DNA of 64,000 nucleotides from Octopus sinensis (Eukaryota): contig NC_043002.1 of the NCBI RefSeq assembly GCF_006345805.1, forward strand, positions 10,912,001 to 10,976,000, given 5' to 3'. Positions 39,287-52,428 of the stretch are shown in pieces; within the stretch, counting starts at the first letter, position 1, and each line of letters opens with the position of its first letter. The notes below the pieces were generated by a model that had not been told where the DNA came from, did not search any database, and was given only the letters and a program-made list of their open reading frames with translations. Made by a program: the position numbers and the translations under genes.

Positions 39287-39921
39287 TTATATATGTAGTC
39301 GTTGACTACCTTCTCTTTTCCACCAGGCCGCTGGTAGCGATAAATTTCTATTGAATTTTTTGCTACCCTAAATTGACTAATTGATATATATATATATATA
39401 TATCTTTGTGCATGTATGCACACACATACACACTCACACACATACGCATACATTGACTAGTATATACTTAAACTTAGCACGGATTTATTTTATAGATCTC
39501 AGTATGTATATAAGAATGTTTGTAGAGGTTTATATTTCCTTGCTTGAGTGTCTAGATATAACGTATGTGTGTGTGTCACTGTATTTGTATGAGTGTGTGG
39601 AAGTATAACTCAAATTTGAATATAGCCGAAAACTTCGCTCGTAAAATATCGTTAGACAGAAAAAAAAAACGGAGAAAATTCATCACAGGAACCGAGGCAC
39701 AAAGGTAATTCTAACAGAGCAGAGAAACTAACCAGATCTAATTGTCGTATTGGAAGCTTTAATGATACAAGACAGAAGCGAAATGTGTTTATTTCGGATA
39801 TTTTTGAAAATATCTAACAAATTTGAAACTATCTTTTACAAACTTGTTCAAATGTAAAGCGCAGGCGTGGCTGTGTAGTAAGAAGATGGTATACAATAAG
39901 CGTATATTTTTCCTGTATGTA

Positions 39922-40307
39922 GGGGAAGCACTCCGTCGGTTACGACGATGAGGGTTCCGGTTGATCCGAATCAACGGAACAGCCTGCTCGTGAAATTGAC
40001 GTGTAAGTGGCTGAGCACTCCACAGACACGTGTACCCTTAACGTAGTTCTCGGGGAGATTCAGCGTGACACAGAGAGTGACAAGGTCGGCCCTTTGAAAT
40101 ACAGGTACAACAGACACAGGAAGTAAGAGTGAGAGAAAGTTGTGGTGAAAGAGTACAGCAGGGATCACCACCATCCCCTGCCGGAGCCTCGTGGAGCTTT
40201 TTAGGTGTTTTCGCTCAATAAACACTCACAACGCCCGGTCTGGGAATCGAAACCGCGATCCTATGACCGCGAGTCCGCTGCCCAAACCACTAGGCCATTG
40301 CGCCTCC
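39922..40307 (-). mobile_element. SINE-C with ~12-bp TSD
   Basis: TTCCTGTATGTA / TTCCTATATGTA flanks. Confidence 0.9.
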
Positions 40308-40486
40308 CTTCCTATATGTATATATATGTTTAAGCAACGGTTAAATTACTAAGTATATATACGTTTGCATATAATTCAGCATTTGTTCTAAAAGTGAGTA
40401 AAACGAAAATAAAAAAGGAAAATGGAATAAATAGAGTTGTTAAAAATTAAGATTACGATAATAATCTGCATTTTATATTATAATAT

Positions 40487-40787
40487 GTGGAGACGCAATG
40501 GCCCAGTGGTTAGGACAGCGCAGTCGGAGGATCGCGGTTTCGATTCCCAGACCGGGCATTGTGTGCACTTATTAAGCGAAAACATCTAAAGCTCCACGAA
40601 GCTCCGGTAGGGGGTGGTGACGACCCCTTTTGTACTCTTTCGCTCCAGCTTTCTCTCACTCTTTCTTCCTGTTTCTTGAGTAACACTGCGATGGACTGGC
40701 GTCCCGTCCAGCTGGGGGGAACACATACGCCACAGAAACCGGGAAACTGGGCCCATGAGCCTGGCTAGGCTTGAAAAGGGCGCATAA
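40487..40787 (+). mobile_element. SINE-C variant with a different 3' half
   Basis: Shares head and 5' body with SINE-C. Confidence 0.8.
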
Positions 40788-40859
40788 TGTTATAATATAA
40801 TATATAGATGTCTTAGAATACATATCTATCAGTTCATTTATTTAGATGCCTAGAAAGTG

Positions 40860-41607
40860 CGTATTACGTTTCTGTTTGATAAAGACTATGTTTATTACGT
40901 CATTGATTCATGTTTAGTTACAGAAAAAGCCAACGTAATATTTTATAGACCTAATACGATTGTAGACCGAAGGGTAAGAAAATCTACTAAGAATGATATA
41001 AATATTTAAAAAAAACTAGGATTAAGGGTAAAATAAATTATATGAATAAAGAAGAAATAGATTATGGAAAACACAGTAAAAATATTGTGAGTAAAAATAA
41101 CCCAAATCGAAACAGAATAGTAAGCATTAATGTGAGAGACCAAAATACTAATGTTTATCAATACAATCATAATAAAAATGTAAACCTAGATATATTACAC
41201 ATCAAAATGAAACGCTAATAATTGATAAACATAGTAAATATAAAAATAATGTAGTTATTGACCAGATTAATATCTTTAAGTCTTGTGATAATCATAATTA
41301 AACTGGAAATTATAGTACTGAAAAGAATAAAAATAGAAAATATATACCTTGTATAAAATCCACCGAAACAAAAACCATACTAATAATAAAATAAAATAAA
41401 ATATTATTTGGTTAATCTTACCCCTTGTGGCGCAGGAGTGGCTGTGTGGTATGTATCTTGTTTACCAACCAGATGGTTCCGGGTTCAGTCCCACTGTGTG
41501 GCACCTTGGGCAAATGTCTTCTACTATAGCCTTGGGCCGACCAAAGCCTTGTGAGTGGATTTGGTAGACGGAAACTGAAAGAAGCCCGTCGTATATATGT
41601 ATATATA

Positions 41608-41654
<47 letters not shown>

Positions 41655-42640
41655 TGTGTGTGTTTGTGTGTCTGTGTTTGTCCCTCGCAACATCGCTTGA
41701 CAACCGATGCTGGTGTGTTTATGTCCCCGTTACTTAGCGGTTCGGCAAAAGAGACCGATAGAATAAGTACTGGGCTTACAAAAGAATAAGTCCCGGGGTC
41801 GAGTTGCTCGATTAAAGGCAGTGCTCCAGCATGGCCGCAGTCAAATGACTGAAACAAGTAAAAGAGTAAAAGAGAAAGAGTAAGTATACGTAGACTGATA
41901 AACAGGCACTTCTCTTGTAATAAATATAGTGAACTTATTAATAATAGATTTTTAAGATATGGTTTTTCAGTAACTGGAAACTTATTTAGATATATATCTT
42001 GTATTAATAATTCAAAATTGATAATTTTCATAAGAATCGTAAAATTAATATTTCTCTTGGAAATAGCACGCATTATATCATATATCCGCAACGAATAAAT
42101 TACCTAATTTTAGTTTAAACTACCAAGGGGAAAGAACTGTCAATAATCTACCTATTTTAAGTAGTTTCAAATATAATCATAATAAATTTTGCGATTGTAA
42201 AGTTAAAGAAAAATTCAAATTTAATAATTATTGAAAACGTAAAAGTCTGGTATACCAAGCTGACGTTGAAGCAGAGGGTAAGAATTTCTACTATACTGAT
42301 TCCACATAGGGTAAGAATTCCTAATATATTGATTCCACAGAATGTTTTGTGAAAACCAGAAATTCGAACCGTGAGAATTCTTTTAGAAATTGAATTAAAC
42401 GGAATAATATAAGCCTTAGCAATATTAGTTTCAAAATCAGGTGGAAAATATTAATCTTTGCAAAATCTTATCATCCCTCAGACAGAATTTGTTCGAAAGC
42501 TATAATATTCTAATGGCGTCTGCCACTGATGTCGAAAAATATTCTATTTTCTAAAAAAACAATTATTGGATGAGAAGACCGAGAAAATTTCGACCTGCCG
42601 ACATGCACCAAAATACCTATTTTCCAAATATCACTAATCG
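40860..42640 (+). pseudogene. Decayed Penelope-like element: linker and C-terminal GIY-YIG endonuclease, interrupted by SINE-A
   Basis: RLINRHFSCNKY...FCDCKVKE...KSLVYQADVEAEGKNFYY/YIDSTECFVKTRNSNRENSFRN...FKIRWKIL..AKSY...LLDEKTEKISTCRHAPKYLFS. The extent before 41880 is less certain and no RT core was seen. Confidence 0.7.
41428..41880 (+). mobile_element. SINE-A, young
   Basis: Near-identical to 20750-21196. Confidence 0.92.
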
Positions 42641-42949
42641 ATTCCTAAATTATTATTATTAAATAGCAGATTGGATACGTTCTTATTAACCATAAAGATA
42701 GTTTTCCTTTCATTTTATTTTATAGTATTGTTAAATTATCGACTAAACATATTGGTAAATATCTGAATTACCTCAAAGAATTATTAAATATTCCCTTGAA
42801 AATATTATAAAATAAAACTAGATATATTGATATATATATCTGGTTAGGTTAATACATTGTTGTATTATGGATATTACAATATAATATATTCAATCATTAG
42901 AGACATTTGCAATATATACCTTAATATATAATATAATGTCTTTATAGAT

Positions 42950-42983
<34 letters not shown>

Positions 42984-43435
42984 GTACATTAATAATTATA
43001 CGTTTATATTTCTATTAATAAACTATTAGATATGTTACTTTAATATACAAAACTATAACTTAAACATAATATATGTGTGTGAGTATGTGGGCGGGGGTGT
43101 ACATTAGCATAAATAATTATTGATTGATTTCAATTTATACGATTCTTTCTATACATATATTCTAACTTAACCATATTACTGTTTATAAACATTCGTAAGC
43201 ATTTAATATATATAAGGTTAACTTATTTTATCTTAATTGTATCCAGTCGTATTACAAAATAGATGGATATATTATGAATAAATATTATAAGTGGATAATA
43301 TAACATTTAACAGTTATATAAATAGTTACGTTTTGTATTAAATCTCAATAAGATATATGAATGAACTAACAGGTCCACAAAACATTCCGTCGGCGCTAAT
43401 GTGTCCTTCTAATTTAATTAAATTCTATGTCTTTG

Positions 43436-43527
43436 TGCAGCTGAAGATTACTCTACATTTTAAATTGATGTAATGAAATGATTGCATTGTTCAATTAAAT
43501 GGAGTCGCATGAAACGATCGTATTGCA
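43436..43527 (+). ncRNA. Type-I hammerhead motif (H4) heading a dispersed repeat that runs to ~43650
   Basis: UGCAG-CUGAAGA-(long stem ...UCAAUUAAAUGGAGUCGCAU)-GAA-ACGAUCGU-A-UUGCA. Confidence 0.72.
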
Positions 43528-43657
43528 TTGCCCCTGGATATCCTTGTTGCTTATTTTGACTTAAATCAACTTATTTTGAAATTGTACGGATAATACCGTA
43601 CTAAATTCTGGTGCTTCAACTTAAGTACCATATTCATCTGAATCTATTTTTATATAT

Positions 43658-43920
43658 ATCACCTTGACCGAGCAGTCCGTCAGGCGTCCATTTGACACCG
43701 CTGGTCACAGCACGCTGTCCACTCCTCTTTGGATTGCGCCTTTCTCATCCACGTGATCCCAATCGTCCTCCTGAAATCGTAACTCCACCGTCGTGGAGGT
43801 CTTCCGAGTGGTCTTTTCCGCTCACGCGGGTACCAATCGTCAACTGCGTGCGTCCACCGATTATCGGTGAGCCGGGCGACGTGTCCAGCCCATCTATACT
43901 TGCTGCGTGTATACTCTGCG
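43658..43920 (-). mobile_element. RTE-clade LINE 3' end
   Basis: KYRWAGHVARLTDNRWTHAVDDWYPRERKRPLGRPPRRWSYD. Confidence 0.88.
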
Positions 43921-44166
43921 ATTTTTATATATTTATAGATAGATATGTGTGTGTGTGTGTGTGGTGTGTGTGTGTGTGTGTGTGCGTGTGTGTGCGTGTG
44001 TGTGTGAGGGTATAGTGGTTGTCTGCTCTTATGCAGAGTCTGACCACATCTTTTACCCACATTTTAGATCCATCATGGTGTCTTATGTAACTTTTTAAAC
44101 AGGACAATATATTAAAAAGACACCCACATAGTTTTCATATCCTAACTGGACCACCAAGTGCTGCAG

Positions 44167-44204
<38 letters not shown>

Positions 44205-44315
44205 AACATACATCCATACATACATACACACATACATACATTAAAGCTTATGATTATTACCGTGATTAAAGCTTATGGTTATTACCGTGCAAAACCTAAG
44301 GAAAATAGTCTAATA

Positions 44316-44349
<34 letters not shown>

Positions 44350-45804
44350 TTCATTTTATTGTTTTAGTCATTGGACTGCGGCCATACTGGGACACTACCT
44401 TGAAGGTTTTTGACGAATAAATCGAATGTAGTACGTATTATCTTTGTTTCTTCTTTTTTTTTTTGGAAACTGGTGTTTATTTTGCAGTCTCTTTTCACCG
44501 AGCTACTCCATAACGGAGATGTGAACAAACCAACACCAATTGGAAAAACAGGTACACAAACACACGCACACATACACACACATGCACACATAATACAAAC
44601 ATAAATACATATGTATATATATATAAAATACAAAATGGGACAAGAACGCCAAACATCCGGACAGTTAGGTGATACAAAAATAGGACAACAAAACAACCAG
44701 ATAGACGATACATAGAAAACAAAGACGGGTCATTTGAAGTCTTCTTTCCTCAGTCAAGCACCAGATTATCCTCGCAATTTCGGCTGATCATACTTGAGAT
44801 TGCTCCAATCTGGCCAGCCCCAAGGAAAAACAAATTTAAGAGCATTAGATTCTTTGGAAGGAAGCGGCGAATGTATATAAAAGCAAGGACGGAAAAACGG
44901 GCAATGTTACAAGTATCAATATAAATAATAACAGGCCATAACAACAGGTGTCTTTCGACTAAGGACGAATTAAATTTAGCTGGCGTGTGTAGACGTAAAT
45001 CATTACGGCAGGGATATAAGTTTTCACAGGCACAGGGAAGAATACAGATGTTGTATGTAAGTATATAAGTATGTTCGTATGTATGTATGCATGGATGTAT
45101 GTATGTATACATATATGAATGTATGTCTTCTCTTTTCTTAAATGTAAAGTAAAAATTTTACTGGCCACCGTCTTACTAGCAAGAAAGTCAAAGAAAATAT
45201 CTTGGATTAACATACATACATGCATACATACATACACACACCAGACACACATATATACCTGCATACATACATACATACATACATACATACATAAATAAAT
45301 ACATGCATGAATGCATACATACATACATGCATACATAAATACATACACACACACACACATATACATGCATACATACATACTTACATACATACATACATAC
45401 ATATATATATATATATACATACATGCATGCATGCATACATACATACATACATACATACATGCATACATACATGCATACATACATACACACCACACACACA
45501 CATATACATGCATATATACATACATACATGCATACATGCATACATACATACATACATACACACCACACACACATATACATGTATGCATACATACATACAT
45601 ACATGCATGCATACATACATACATACATACATACATACATACATACAAACATGCATACATACATACATGCACACACACATATATACATACATGCATACAT
45701 ACATACATGCACACACATATACATACATACATACATACATACATACATACATACATACATACATGGATACTATATGTTTCAGGTTCAGTCCCACTGCGTC
45801 ACCT

Positions 45805-46065
45805 TCTAAATTTCAGGAAGGTCTTGCAAATTTTTATAGTCCCACATATCGCGGTCATTTGTAGCGTATGTATTAATGATTCGAACTTCAGCCATACTTT
45901 TGCTCCACACCATTTGATATGTATCCTATTTCTCCAAAGATCATGGGCATGAAGCTGAAAGAGTATCTTGGGTATTGGATGTACCCGTTGTACTCCTCAT
46001 CAATAGTCAATAGATGTCCTCTTTCTCTTGTATTTCTCTAACAACATTCGTAGCCAAGAGGCAGC
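45805..46065 (-). mobile_element. RLE LINE family II 3' fragment, divergent
   Basis: YPRYSFSFMPMIFGEIGYIS...IRTLQMTAICGTIKICKTFLKFR; (CATA)n 5' on the sense strand. Confidence 0.65.
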
Positions 46066-46077
46066 TGTACGTACGTG

Positions 46078-46109
<32 letters not shown>

Positions 46110-46722
46110 TGTATGTATGTATGTATGCAGGTATGTATGTATGTATGTATGTATATACTCACACAATTTCAGTCTACTTATCCATGGTGCTACGCAGTGG
46201 GACTGAACCCGAAACATATAGCATCGATGCATGTATGCATGTATAGCTAAACAGACAGACAGACAGACAGCTAGCTAGATAGATAGATAGATATGTTTCT
46301 TTATTAGCCACACAGGGCTGCACACAGATAGAACAAATTACAAGGTAGAGCTTTTCTTTTGAAGGTATTAAAAAAAAAAAAAAAAAAAAAAGAAGGAAGG
46401 GGGAGGTTCGATCAAAAGGGATCGTAAAAGGAGAGAAAGAGGACAAAAATAAGGGGGGTTAAAAAAAAAAAAAAAAAAGGGGGGGAGAGGAAAAAAAAAT
46501 GATCAATAGGGATCGTTATCACAGAAATGTCAATATGAAGTGTAAAGGGGAGGACAGGTGAGGTTTACCCGTGGAAAGAAAAGCCTGCGGAAAAGACCAC
46601 GGTAACCTCGGTCAATGAAGTCACATTTTATATTTCTTTTTTTTTTTTTTTTTTTGCAAATAAGCAACTCTCTGTTTTCGATTTCTGGGTTCATAGGACT
46701 ATGCTCAAGGTGGCTTCGTCAT

Positions 46723-49700
46723 TCATACGTGCCATTCTGCTACATTCACCCATCTTTTTTTAAAACATTCGCTAGACAAAACTTGCCTCTCTACTCTCAC
46801 TTTCCTTTTCAAGTGGTACTTGAAGAAGTTGATGAGAGATTGACCAGAGAGGAAAGTGTTTGTCTCCAATCCTTTCAGACGCGTCCACCAGATACATTCT
46901 TTCGCCATAGCCACAAGGATGATGAAAATAGCTCTTCCTTCCCGTTTGAAGGAAGGGGGCGTGACAATATTGACGATAGACTCAGCTGATAAACCGACTC
47001 GTCCCACACGTGACAGCAGTTGTTCGACATAAGCCCACAGGTCGGAAATTGTTGGACACTGAACGAGTGCGTGCAGAACGGTTTCGTCGCTCTGACCGCA
47101 TCTCGGGCAGGTCGGCCCCGTGTTTCTCGAGCCGTGTCTGTAGAGCTTATCCCGAACGGGTAGCGCTTCTCGGTAGCACTGCCAGGCCAGGGATCTCTGG
47201 AAGTTGTCCATGGGCCCTGGCCCGAAAGTCGTCCCGAACAGGCGGGTCAGGTACTCCTCGTCGACGTCCAGGTTCGCCCCGAGCTCGTCGTCGTACCTCC
47301 CCTCCACTAAACCCCTATAGAATGCTTTGGTTGTGTTGAAGTCACTTAAGGTCGACCCAGGACGGCAGAGTTGCTTGAGAGCAACGCGACACTCGCGGTG
47401 CCATTCGCCCTTCCTCGGCCTCTTTTTGATCCACGACTGCAGTTCGGTCATGGAGACGAGCTGCGGGAAAGCGTGCCTCACAAACGGCGACCACACCTGT
47501 TCACCGTCGTCTACATAGAGCCAGAGATGTCGCAGTCTCAGCGCGTGTCTGCGCATCATCAACCACGGCATGCCCAGCCCTCCTTTTAACGGGTGTTGAC
47601 AGCAAATGGATCGCCTGACCATCGGGACGCATCCTTTCCACAAGAAGCGAAAGAGGATGCGTTGTAGTTTGGTGATGGTAGGGTCGGGACAAGGTACGAC
47701 GGTCAGGCGGTAGTAGATGACGGACGCGATGTACGTGTTCGCCACCTCCGCTCGACCTTTTAGGGACAGTTTCCTCTCGGCCCATTGCCGGGCGAGAGTG
47801 ACCACCCTACTCGTTATCTCGTTCCAGTTCTTCTCCACTTGGAGGTCCGGACCAAACCAGACCCCGAGCAACTCAACCGGGCCGTCGGTCCAGCGTCCCA
47901 CGACGGAGGCGCTGGTGGACGGTATGGCTTGCTTCTCCAGGTGCCTAGTCGCAAGCCCACTGACTTTTCCGGTTGATTTTCGCTCCTGTCACCGCTTCGT
48001 AGTTTTTCAGTGTCTCGCCGACCAGCTCGATGTGCTCGTGGCTAGACACTATGACGGTGACGTCGTCCGCGTATGCAGACACGCTCGTCCCGCATCCCAA
48101 TTCTCGCGGGATGCCCCTTAGAGTCGCCAGCTTCCGCAGTAGTGGCTCAAGAGTCAATACGTATAGAAGCGCCGAGAGGGGGCATCCCTGACGGACCGAA
48201 CGTGCAATGTCGAAAGGTCTCGATAGATGTCCATTTACGCGAATTACCGAACGGATGCCTCTGTATAAGGCAGCTATCCAGCCGCGGAAGACGGGACCGA
48301 AACCAGCCGCTCTCAGGACTGCCTCCAAGTATCGATGGTCTACCCTATCAAAGGCTTTTGATTGATCCAAGTTGATCAGGGCCCCACCCATGCCAGGTTC
48401 GTTAACTACCCTGTCTATGATGTAGCGCATCAGATGGAGGTTGTCATGGATGGTCCGGCCTGGCACGGCGCATGTTTGCGCCTTGTCGACCAGTTTCTCG
48501 ATGACAAGCGCCAACCTCTTGGCTAGCACCTTGGCCAAAATTTTCAAGTCTGCATTAAGCAGAGTGATGGGCCTAAAGTTATCTATTACATTTCCCTTGT
48601 TTAGATCTTTTTTCAGCAGTGTTACGGCTCCTCGGCTCACAAAACCAGGAATGCTCCCGTTTTGCTGCCAGTTGCAGTACACCGCCGCCAAGAGATCTCC
48701 AAACAAGTCTGGCATACAATTGTAAAGCTCGTAGGGTAGACCATCCAAACCCGGTGATTTGTCCCTCGAGCATTCTGCCATCGCTTCCCGCACTTCCGCC
48801 GCCGTGATGGCACCTTCGCAGCACCCTGCCTTTCTTGTCGAGAGTCGTGGTAGGCTATGTAGGTAGGCACTGAAGTCCACCCTACGTTCTTGCCCTCCAC
48901 TCGTTCCGAACAGTCGGGCAAAATGCTGTTGAAAGGCCTCACACATTTTACTTGGCTCGAGCAATTCGCGCCCCTGTTCATCTACCAGTGACCGAATGGT
49001 GGCTTTGTTGCCCTGTTGCGCCTCTGCCACCCGGGCCTCTCTCGCGGCTCCAACACCTTCGTTCCTTAGAGCACGCATCCTAGCTCTGACAGCACATCCT
49101 TCGTGTTTGGCGTTGAAGTGTTGGTCGAGGGCCAACCTCGCCGCCAAAACGTCGGATGCGATGCCGCTTCTAATTGCCTCTTCTAGCTTCTTAACTAGCT
49201 CACCCTCTACTCTATTTCTATCTATGGCTAGTGCTTTGCTGTACCTAATCGCTTCTGCTTTTACTGCTCTCTTGAGGGCAAACCACCATTTGTTGTTGAT
49301 GATGGCTCCCGTCAAAGCCCTCTTTACTAGTGTGCTAATCCGGTCTCTGAAAACTTGTCTCGATGGAAAGACGCGTTTAGTTTCCAGTATCCGGGACCCT
49401 GCCTAAGTGTCTTACCTAAGTCTAGCGTACATGTCACAAGTTTGTGATCCGTGTAGCTGACTATGTGGAATTGTGGACATCCTATGCTATCTCTATCTAC
49501 TGTCCTACACAGTATCCTATCTAGATACGATCTCGACGACCCGATGCGGTTGCTCCATGTCCACGTTGGCGCATTCGGGTGGTCTAGTCGAAACCTGTCA
49601 GACAGTTGAAAGCGTCTGAGCAGGTCTCTGAGGCATTTGCATCCCCGTCTATTCCTATCTCTACCCACGTAGTCTACATGCGTGTCCAAGGTAGCATTCC

Positions 49701-50135
49701 AATCCCCCACTAAGAGTAAAGGACGAGACGTTCCCAAGAAAACTTCTAGACGTTGAAAGAAATCCGCCCGACCTGTTAAGGGCGGTGCGTAAACTGATAC
49801 GAGCCGAAAAGCGCATCCATTGCTGCCGTCGACATCCAGGACGACCAGTCTACCCTCCGGGTCTACGAATATTGTCCTTACATTGAGATCCAGACTCTTG
49901 TGAAAAAGTACCGCGGTGCCACTACCGCCCATTCTCGGCAGACAGGGGGAAAATAAATGTTGAACTGTCCGCCAAACATGGTCTTTAGGGCCCGCGGATT
50001 GTGGAGTCTGGTCTCGCTTATGGCTATGATTTCTAACTTATGTGACTTTATGTCATTTAAGAGGTACCCTTGTTTCCAAGGGGACCCCAAGCCACGCGCA
50101 TTTACACAACCAATCTTGATCATAGTTCTAATGAA
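46723..50135 (-). pseudogene. Tx1 ORF2 (APE endonuclease, reverse transcriptase, C-terminal zinc finger), 3 frameshifts
   Basis: IGCVNARGL, ISETRL, GDWNATL, YLDRIL, TDHKLV; KSPGLDGLP, RPITLLNADLKILAK, DQSKAFDRV, GVRQG-like SVRQGCPLS, AYADDV; CPRCGQSDETVLHALVQC. Confidence 0.95.
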
Positions 50136-50416
50136 TTAGAATACAGAGGGTTACTTACTGCTCGAAAGTTTTTGCTTTCTCCTCCGTTGGTTTGTCCTCG
50201 AGAAGATCCCAGTACAGTTTCTTTGTGAGATATTTTTGGCATTTACCAACCGCACTGGGGAAAATGCCTTTGAGTGTGTGGTGCAGACTTTTGGAGATGT
50301 GTATTATTTTGATGTGGTCTGGTGGTGTTGTGTATGGGTGGTTGTTTGTTTTTATGTCATCTTCTGTTATGTTTGTTTTTGATTGATGTATTCCATCAAA
50401 TTTGTGTTTTTGGTGT

Positions 50417-51490
50417 CTATGGCTGTGAGCATGTTTGCTGTATATGTTTTTGTGGTGTTGGTGTGGCTGTTGTTTGCGTTGGGTTTTGAAATGTCTTCGG
50501 GAGATGTATTTCCCCTGCTTTGTTCGTGTTTGCATTTGGTTTGGTTGTGTTTCTGCTCTTTATTTTCCTTCTTTTTGTAGCTATTTGCCATTCCTCACTG
50601 GTTTCGTCTTCCGACGAAATTTCTGAGGAATCAGAAGGGGGTAGGGGTATGTTGTGGGCTTCTATGTATGTCTGTGTAAGTGGTTGTGTTGTTGTTTTCG
50701 TTGTTGTTGGTTGTTGAGTGTTTGTGTGTGTTGAGTGCGGTATAAGGGATGGGGGATCAGTTTGTGTGTGTTTTCTTTGTTTTTCTGTTCCTTTGGGTTT
50801 TGCTGTTGATGGTAGTGTTGGTATTTTTCCAGGTGTCGAGTGGTTTTTGGTTGATGACGGATTAGCTTGGTGTGCTTCTCTTGTCGTCTTCTGTGTTGAT
50901 GGTGGTGTGGGTAGTAGAGCTTTTTTTCCGGAGTGCTTTGGTTGTGGTAGTGGTTGTTGTTGTTGCTCTTGGTGTGCAGTGGTTGGGCACGTCTTTTTCA
51001 AGTGTGTTTCGCTTCCACACAAATAGCAGCGTGGTCGCCTGCCCTCTACCACTATATAGAGTTTGTAGCCTCCTGGCAGTTCTATAGCGGTGGGTATCTT
51101 CTCTCTTGCTGCTTCATCCAATTGAAGCAGGAATTCGATTGATTTGCCCACATAGTCTTTCTCTCCTAGAACCGCGATTTCCAGGATGTTTGTCTCTGAC
51201 ATTGTCTCTGACATTTCAAAGCAGATGGCAGAGACCACCCATTGTGTTTCGACATCAAATGGTATGTTTTTTTATTTGGACTTTCGTGACCCTTTTGTTT
51301 AAATAGACTGGTATCATTACCAAGTCGTCCGAATGTAGCTCCAATGTGGAAAAACGTTTTGCTAAACTTTCGTTGAGGAAACGTACTTGGACTGTACCAA
51401 ATTTGTTTCCCCAACTGATATATTCCTTGGAGTCCCATACAGGACGAAGGCATTTATCGATTTTTTCCTGCGGTGCATTTTCTGTTCTTC
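50417..51490 (-). pseudogene. Tx1 ORF1 (RRM-like region plus CCHC zinc knuckle), frameshift at the A7 run near 51260
   Basis: GTVQVRF...KRVTKVQI|KNIPFDVETQWVVSAIC...CYLCGSETHLKKTC. Confidence 0.85.
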
Positions 51491-51616
51491 TTGTTTTTTT
51501 GTTTTTTACTTTATAATATTATTTTTTTTTTGCGTGTTTTCCACGATGTGTTGTGGAATATGAAGGTGCAATTTGTCTCCTTCTTTGGAGAAGAGTGCCT
51601 TTGTGCGGTTTATCTC

Positions 51617-51698
<82 letters not shown>

Positions 51699-51729
51699 GT
51701 AGGTAGATAGATAGATAGACAGACAGACT

Positions 51730-51784
<55 letters not shown>

Positions 51785-52187
51785 GACAGACAGACAGACA
51801 GTTCGGCAAACAGACAGACAGACAGATAAAAACGTATATGATTTATTTTTCTTTTATGGATCAGCTTCCTTTATGCGTCAAGTTGAATGACAGCACAGAA
51901 TTTACATTCATCCCTTTCCAAACAGAACGAAACAAGCTTATAAATTATTGTAATAAATAATAATTTATTAATTTTCATTTAAAATAATTCTAGTTTGAAA
52001 CTTATATAGTTCATTCCTGTGCATATCTTGCCCCCAGCATATTTCAATCATTGTGTAAACGCGTATGTGCACAGATTTATTTTACAGGAAATACATACGC
52101 ATGACTGTAGATTGATATGGATAGCTATTTAAAAACTTAGCTGTGTGTACGTATGCCTGTATGTGCGTGTGTAATTATACATACATG

Positions 52188-52428
52188 TAAGGCGGCGAGC
52201 TGGCAGAAACGTTAGCACCCAGGGCGAAATGCGTAGCCGTATTTCGTCTGCCGTTACGTTATGAGTTCAAATTCCGCCGAGGCCGACTTTGCCTTTCATC
52301 CTTTCGAGGTCGACAAATTAAGTACCAGTTCACTGGGGGTCGTAGGGTCGTATGTAATCGACTTAATCTGTTTGTCTGTCCTTGTTTGTCCCCTCTGTGT
52401 TTAGCCCCTTGTGGGTAGTAAAGAAATA
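52188..52428 (+). mobile_element. SINE-B
   Basis: Full head, body and tail. Confidence 0.88.

Larger units (their letters stand above)
46291..51616 (-). mobile_element. Near-full-length Tx1/L1-clade non-LTR retrotransposon (5.3 kb) inserted in (TATC)n
   Basis: ORF1 and ORF2 present; AATAAA then (TATC)n at the 3' end; (TATC)n(TGTC)n immediately 5'; ORF2 is markedly GC-richer than the surroundings. Confidence 0.95.
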
